Source: Candidatus Doudnabacteria bacterium RIFCSPHIGHO2_12_FULL_48_16
Lineage (GTDB): Bacteria > Patescibacteriota > Doudnabacteria > UBA920 > O2-02-FULL-48-8
Direction: 5' to 3'
Length of the DNA stretch: 64,000 bases
NCBI GenBank assembly: GCA_001780035.1
Contig: MFEY01000007.1
Location: 331,146 to 395,145 of the forward strand
Numbering within the stretch: position 1 is the first letter of the stretch; every line of letters starts with the position of its first letter. The notes beneath the pieces were generated by a model. It made no database searches and had not been told where the DNA came from. It saw only the letters and a program-made list of their open reading frames with translations. The translations under genes and the position numbers were made by a program. This document shows, one piece after another, positions 59,663-64,000 of this stretch.

Positions 59663-61879
59663 ATGGCCCGCAAACGAAACCAAGATTCAAACGACTTTCC
59701 CTCATTCAAAAGACCGCAGCTCAATTTAAAGCACGAAACCCGCAAGGGCGTGCTGATTGTGCTGTTTTTGGTCTTGGCGATTGTGTTTGTGCTCAGTTTA
59801 GTTGGCCTCGCCGGCCCGTTTGGCAGCATCACCAACCGGGTTTTGAAGCTGGCGTTTGGATGGGTCGCCTATCTGGTGCCGCTGATTTTTATGTTTGTGG
59901 CCTTTGCGCTGTTTCGGCAGAAGAGCGAAGATGATGCGTCTTCGGTTTCAACCCATGCTTATGTCGGTGCCGTGCTGATTACCTTGACCTTGACCGGTTT
60001 TTTGCATCTGCTAATGCTGCGGTCGAATATTAACCGCGCGTTTGATTTGGTCAAAGAGGGGGCCGGCGGCGGTTATTTGGGAGTACTGACCAGCTATCCC
60101 TTGATGCACTTTATGGGATTCGTCGCCTCGCTGGTGATTTTGCTCGCCGGTATCATTGTTTCATTTCTCGTGACCTTCAATGTTTCCTTCTCCGATTTGT
60201 TTGGCGGCCCGGCCGACGCGCCAGCGCCAAAACCTCTAAATGGCAAGCTGAAAATCAATAATGCCGCCAATGCCGGTTTTACCAAAGAGCCGGTGGGTGA
60301 GCCGAACAGAGTTGCGCTGCGCGAAAAAGTGGAGTTTACGGTCAACGGTCTGGATGATCTGGACAAAGGGATTGCGAAAAAATCCAAAGCCGTGCTAGCC
60401 GCGGATAAAAATTGGAAATTTCCGCCGCTGGATTTGCTGGAGGAATCCAAGACCAAAGTTGATTCCGGCAATATCGAAGCCAACGTCGCGATCATCCAAA
60501 AAACTTTGAATGATTTTGGCATTGACGTCGAGATGGGCGAAGTCAACGTCGGCCCCACCGTCACCCAATATACTTTCCGGCCGGCCGTCGGGGTCAAACT
60601 GTCTCAAATTGCCGGTTTGCAAAATGACCTGGCCTTGTCCTTGGCGGCTTCATCGTTGCGTATGGAGCTGCCGATTCCCGGCAAGGCTCTGGTCGGCGTC
60701 GAAATTCCCAATAAATCTGCGGCATTGGTGCGCGTTAAGGACATTATTGGCAATGCCGCGTTAAGTGAAAATCCGTCGAAGGTGGCATTTGCCCTGGGTC
60801 GCGATGTGGCGGGCCATCCAATGGTCGCTGATTTGGCCAAGATGCCGCATTTACTGATTGCGGGCGCGACCGGCACTGGGAAATCGGTGGCGATCAATTC
60901 AATCCTGATCAGTTTTCTGTATCGGGCGACGCCCTCGGAAGTGAAATTTATTGTCATTGATCCCAAGCGGGTGGAGCTCAATCTTTACAACGATCTGCCG
61001 CATCTTCTGACTGGCGTGATCACTGATCACCAAAAAGCGGTCAATTCTTTAAAGTGGGCCGTGGCGGAAATGGACCGTCGGTATAAGTTGCTGTCCGAAG
61101 TGCATAAGCGCAACATCGGGGAATTTAATAACTCATCTTTGATCAAACTGCCCTACATCATAGTGGTGGTGGATGAGTTGGCTGATTTGATGAGTGTGGC
61201 CCAAAATGAAGTGGAAGCGACCATTGTGCGTTTGGCCCAAATGGCGCGCGCCGTGGGGATTCATTTGGTTTTGGCCACGCAACGGCCGTCAGTTGATGTC
61301 ATCACGGGATTGATCAAAGCCAATGTTACGGCCCGCATGGCGTTTGCGGTGGCTTCTCAGGTGGACTCGCGAACAATTTTGGATATGGCCGGGGCGGAAA
61401 AACTGTTAGGCTCCGGGGATATGCTTTACGTGACTTCGGATTTGCCTAAACCAAAACGCGTGCAGGGTGCCTATGTGAGCGAGAGGGAAATCAAAAAAGT
61501 CGTAGAATTTATCAAAGAGCAAGCCGGCAGCATTATTTATGACGAGCAGATTACAGAGAAGCCGCAGCGGGGTGTGAGCATTCCCGGGTTCGAAGGCGGC
61601 AACGATGATGAAGATGAATTGTTGAACGAAGCGATGGAAATTGTAAAAGCCGCGGGTAAAGCATCGGCGTCATTGTTGCAACGAAGGTTGCGCGTCGGTT
61701 ATGCGCGCGCTGCCCGTCTTTTGGACATTTTGGAAGACAAGGGAATCATCGGCCCCGGCGAAGGCGCCAAGCCGCGGGAAGTCTATATGTCAAATGATTC
61801 ACCGCGCGAACAAGGTTTTGGTGAGTCTGACGAAGCGGCCGAATTTGAAAAGTCTCAAAAGAGCGAAGAGGAAGAATAA
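59663..61879 (+). CDS. ftsK: DNA translocase FtsK
   Basis: 738 aa; N-terminal TMs, motor domain Walker A GATGTGKS, VVVDELADLM, C-terminal gamma wHTH. Confidence 0.95.
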   Translation: MARKRNQDSNDFPSFKRPQLNLKHETRKGVLIVLFLVLAIVFVLSLVGLAGPFGSITNRVLKLAFGWVAYLVPLIFMFVAFALFRQKSEDDASSVSTHAYVGAVLITLTLTGFLHLLMLRSNINRAFDLVKEGAGGGYLGVLTSYPLMHFMGFVASLVILLAGIIVSFLVTFNVSFSDLFGGPADAPAPKPLNGKLKINNAANAGFTKEPVGEPNRVALREKVEFTVNGLDDLDKGIAKKSKAVLAADKNWKFPPLDLLEESKTKVDSGNIEANVAIIQKTLNDFGIDVEMGEVNVGPTVTQYTFRPAVGVKLSQIAGLQNDLALSLAASSLRMELPIPGKALVGVEIPNKSAALVRVKDIIGNAALSENPSKVAFALGRDVAGHPMVADLAKMPHLLIAGATGTGKSVAINSILISFLYRATPSEVKFIVIDPKRVELNLYNDLPHLLTGVITDHQKAVNSLKWAVAEMDRRYKLLSEVHKRNIGEFNNSSLIKLPYIIVVVDELADLMSVAQNEVEATIVRLAQMARAVGIHLVLATQRPSVDVITGLIKANVTARMAFAVASQVDSRTILDMAGAEKLLGSGDMLYVTSDLPKPKRVQGAYVSEREIKKVVEFIKEQAGSIIYDEQITEKPQRGVSIPGFEGGNDDEDELLNEAMEIVKAAGKASASLLQRRLRVGYARAARLLDILEDKGIIGPGEGAKPREVYMSNDSPREQGFGESDEAAEFEKSQKSEEEE

Positions 61880-61961
61880 TAATAGTTGTAATAGTAAGTT
61901 GAAACTCGCAAATTTGCGTGTCGGAATAAATTATTCTATAATAGTATAAATTACCTAAAAT

Positions 61962-62519
61962 ATGATCGAACTCAGAGATAAATCTAGGTTTGACGCTTCA
62001 AAATATGACTCTAGTGAAAAGGCTGACAAAGCCTTTGAAAGGTTGTCATTAGACGAAATTGAACGCCAAAAAGCCGAGCATAGATTTTTAGACGAGAGGC
62101 AGCATGAGCTATATAAGTTTCAGACTGGAATTGGTACAGACATTAGACTTATTAGCCACGAACTTCAATCCAATAGTCCACCAACAGAAATTTCTCGACA
62201 ACGATTGGATGAGTTACAACGTCAATTTAATGGGCTTAAGATAAAAGCTGAAAGATTTTTTCAAGACCAAAAGGAAAAATTTAGAGGAGGTGTGTATCCT
62301 CTGAAAACTGATTTTAGTGTAGTGACTAAAGGGACTGATGTAGGTCATCACTACGATACTGCTTTACATGCAGAACGAGCATCTTTAATAGAACAATACC
62401 AAATTTTAATAATGGCTATTGGTAATTATCAAATAGTTCTTGAGGATCTGGATATACCCAGTATTCAGAGGAGACTGAATGAACGAAAGCAAGCAGGAGC
62501 TGCTAAGGAAGCAAAATAA
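61962..62519 (+). CDS. hypothetical helical protein
   Basis: 185 aa, charged/coiled; no family recognised. Confidence 0.5.
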   Translation: MIELRDKSRFDASKYDSSEKADKAFERLSLDEIERQKAEHRFLDERQHELYKFQTGIGTDIRLISHELQSNSPPTEISRQRLDELQRQFNGLKIKAERFFQDQKEKFRGGVYPLKTDFSVVTKGTDVGHHYDTALHAERASLIEQYQILIMAIGNYQIVLEDLDIPSIQRRLNERKQAGAAKEAK

Positions 62520-62575
62520 TTTAAGTGGGCTTAAGACAAGATTCAAAATGAAATTGCAGAACAAGATTAATTAGT

Positions 62576-62604
62576 TTGACAAAATAATTTAGCGGGAGCA
62601 TAAT
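62576..62604 (+). promoter_or_regulatory. sigma70-type promoter of a candidate small RNA
   Basis: TTGACA (62576-81), 17-nt spacer, CATAAT (62599-604). Confidence 0.55.
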
Positions 62605-62610
62605 TTATTT

Positions 62611-62714
62611 ATTAGAGCGGCCATAGTCCGTCAGAAGTCCGATGCGTTCTCGCATCGGCAGTCGCCAAAAGGCGACTTACTTCTAACGGGCTGAAGAGCC
62701 GTTTTTGTTTTTTG
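62611..62714 (+). ncRNA. candidate small structured RNA (about 100 nt), class unknown
   Basis: own promoter; outer helix CCGTCAGAAG/CTTCTAACGG (1 mismatch) enclosing CCGATGCG-TTCT-CGCATCGG and AGTCGCC-AAAA-GGCGACT; ends in GGCT-GAAG-AGCC + GTTTTTGTTTTTT. Confidence 0.4.
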
Positions 62715-62809
62715 TGATATCATTTAGGCATTAATTGAATTGTTGCATTTTTTGCAACAGCTGAACTTACCGGAATTTCCGGGCAGTTGGGCGGTTTAGG
62801 AGGTATTTT

Positions 62810-63799
62810 ATGGAAATTCAGGAAAATAAGGGCGAAATTATCATTTATAAGGCTGAATCAGGCCCAGAACTTCAAGTTAAACTTGAAGACGAAACTATTT
62901 GGCTTAATCAAGCCGAAATTGCCAGCCTTTTTGACACTGACCGTAGTTCTATAGCAAAACACATAAAAAATCTAATAAAATCAGGGGAATTAGAAGAAAA
63001 AAGCAATGTGCAAAATTTGCACATTGCAAATTCAGACAAACCGGTTAAGTTTTATAATCTAGATTTTATCTTATCCGTTGGTTATCGAGTAAATTCAAAG
63101 AGAGCTACCCAATTCCGTATTTGGGCCACTAAACACCTTCGGGATTATCTTTTGAAAGGCTATCTTGTCAATGAAAAGCGGCTAAAAGAGAATGAGGAAA
63201 TTAAGCTCAAGGAACTCCAGGCGGCTGTGGGACTCATGCAGCAGGCGCTGGAAGTCAAAAGACTTGAAGGTTATGAGAAAGAATTACTCAATATCATTAC
63301 GGATTATGCCAATACCTGGCTGACGTTTTATCAATTTGATGCCGGTCAGTTGCCGCTTCAGGGCAGCAAGAAGTCGGCAAAGTATTTGGAATACGATCAA
63401 ATCAAAAAAGCGATTATACGATTCAAACAACGGTTGCTGAAAAACGAAGAGGCCAGCGAATTGTTTGCTCAGGAAGTTTCGGAAAAATTGCTTTCACTGC
63501 TCGGTAATATCAAGCAGAGCTTGGGCGGGCAGGATGTTTATCCGACGCTGGAAGAAAAAGCCGCCCATCTGTTATACTTCGCGGTCAAAAATCATCCGTT
63601 CGTGGACGGCAACAAGCGGATCGGAGCGCTGCTGTTTATCTTGTTTCTGGTCGAGAATAATTATCTGCACAACAAAAAAGGCGAACGCAAGATCAATGAC
63701 GCGGCGCTGACTGCCGTTACTTTGTTGGTGGCGGAATCCAAACCGCAGCAGAAAGAGGTTATGATCAAGCTGATCGTTAACTTGATCAATAAAAAATAA
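62810..63799 (+). CDS. RhuM-like N-terminal domain fused to a Fic/DOC domain protein
   Basis: 329 aa; N-terminal RhuM-type region (WLNQAEIASLFDTDRSSIAKHIKN, SVGYRVNSKRATQFRIWAT); C-terminal Fic motif HPFVDGNKRIG. Confidence 0.8.
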   Translation: MEIQENKGEIIIYKAESGPELQVKLEDETIWLNQAEIASLFDTDRSSIAKHIKNLIKSGELEEKSNVQNLHIANSDKPVKFYNLDFILSVGYRVNSKRATQFRIWATKHLRDYLLKGYLVNEKRLKENEEIKLKELQAAVGLMQQALEVKRLEGYEKELLNIITDYANTWLTFYQFDAGQLPLQGSKKSAKYLEYDQIKKAIIRFKQRLLKNEEASELFAQEVSEKLLSLLGNIKQSLGGQDVYPTLEEKAAHLLYFAVKNHPFVDGNKRIGALLFILFLVENNYLHNKKGERKINDAALTAVTLLVAESKPQQKEVMIKLIVNLINKK

Positions 63800-64000
63800 T
63801 GCCGACCCCGTTATTTAAAACCAAGACAGTAAAGATCGATACGCTCGGAGAATATTTGGCTTCTGTTCGCAACCAGTTTAATTTCGATATTAAAACTGTC
63901 AGCACCCTAACTCAGATCAAGCCGGCATACCTGGAGCATTTGGAAGCCGGAAGGTTCGCCGCTCTGCCGGCCGATGTTTACGTCCGGGGGTTTTTGAAGA
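63799..64000 (+). CDS. RodZ-like helix-turn-helix protein, N-terminal part (runs off right edge)
   Basis: ATG overlaps the upstream stop (TAATG); LGEYLASVRNQ...YLEHLEAGRFAALPADVYVRGFLK resembles the HTH_25/RodZ N-terminus. Confidence 0.6.
   Translation, partial: MPTPLFKTKTVKIDTLGEYLASVRNQFNFDIKTVSTLTQIKPAYLEHLEAGRFAALPADVYVRGFLK

Noticed and set aside
62690-62700. Hammerhead ribozyme core (CUGAAGA fits CUGANGA) in the candidate sRNA
   Set aside because: There is no following stem II plus GAAA, and no appropriately placed cleavage triplet on either strand. The match is a 7-mer coincidence.
1-64000. CRISPR arrays, integrases/transposases, reverse transcriptases, prophage structural genes, rRNA, tmRNA, RNase P RNA, SRP RNA, recoded genetic code
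   Set aside because: I looked for regularly spaced direct repeats, for hallmark protein motifs in all tracked ORFs, and for conserved RNA cores (for example GAGGAAAGTCCGGGC and GGAAGCAGCC) and found none. Long housekeeping ORFs are intact under code 11 with TGA used as a stop, so code 4/25 is not indicated.

Overview
This 64 kb window looks like the replication-origin neighbourhood of a small bacterial genome. My tentative guess, from gene content only, is a CPR/Patescibacteria-type organism. No searches were run and all calls come from reading the sequence and the ORF track. Standard code 11 fits: long ORFs stay intact and TGA, TAA and TAG all act as stops.

**Backbone genes.** The origin cluster is recF-dnaN-dnaA (minus strand), facing rpmH-rnpA-yidD-yidC-jag (plus strand). 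DnaA-box-like 9-mers lie on both sides of dnaA. Other housekeeping genes are tsaE, ruvB, ruvC, yebC, tyrS, a class A PBP, gyrA, rpsA, murE, rnhB, infB, rbfA, an nrnA-like DHH gene and ftsK. There is also a CcdA/thioredoxin cluster, a bactofilin, an ECF sigma factor with a DUF4349 partner, and a NitT/TauT-type ABC transporter. I found 12 intact tRNA genes and no rRNA, CRISPR array, integrase, transposase or reverse transcriptase.

**Accessory patches.** Base composition is very uneven by hand count: about 40% GC in the ABC transporter, about 50% in housekeeping genes, and 60-80% in several micro-islands of small unknown ORFs. The observations I rate highest are:
- A complete tRNA-Cys(GCA) sits inside a two-hairpin element, which itself sits in the anticodon loop of a second tRNA-Cys-like gene (32132-32344). 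A free-standing HNH nuclease gene lies just downstream. The same hairpin module recurs next to ruvC.
- At 12336-12520 there is a chimeric junction of two diverged gene tails: the O-antigen-ligase 3' end fused to the jag 3' end. It marks a duplicated or imported island between jag and the ligase gene, carrying BrnT/BrnA-like toxin-antitoxin genes and TrmB-like regulators.
- Two full parS sites and many half-sites cluster at 46.0-46.85 kb.
- GC-rich cassettes of small ORFs lie at 19.5, 43.3-44.0, 46.9-47.4 and 54.5-55.4 kb. One of them sits beside a tRNA-Pro gene that has a duplicated 5' half.
- There are five full-length TrmB-like regulator paralogs, one with a clear operator-like inverted repeat facing the ABC operon.
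- Candidate structured RNAs lie at 62.6 kb and 36.4-36.6 kb.

All functional interpretations of these regions are hypotheses.
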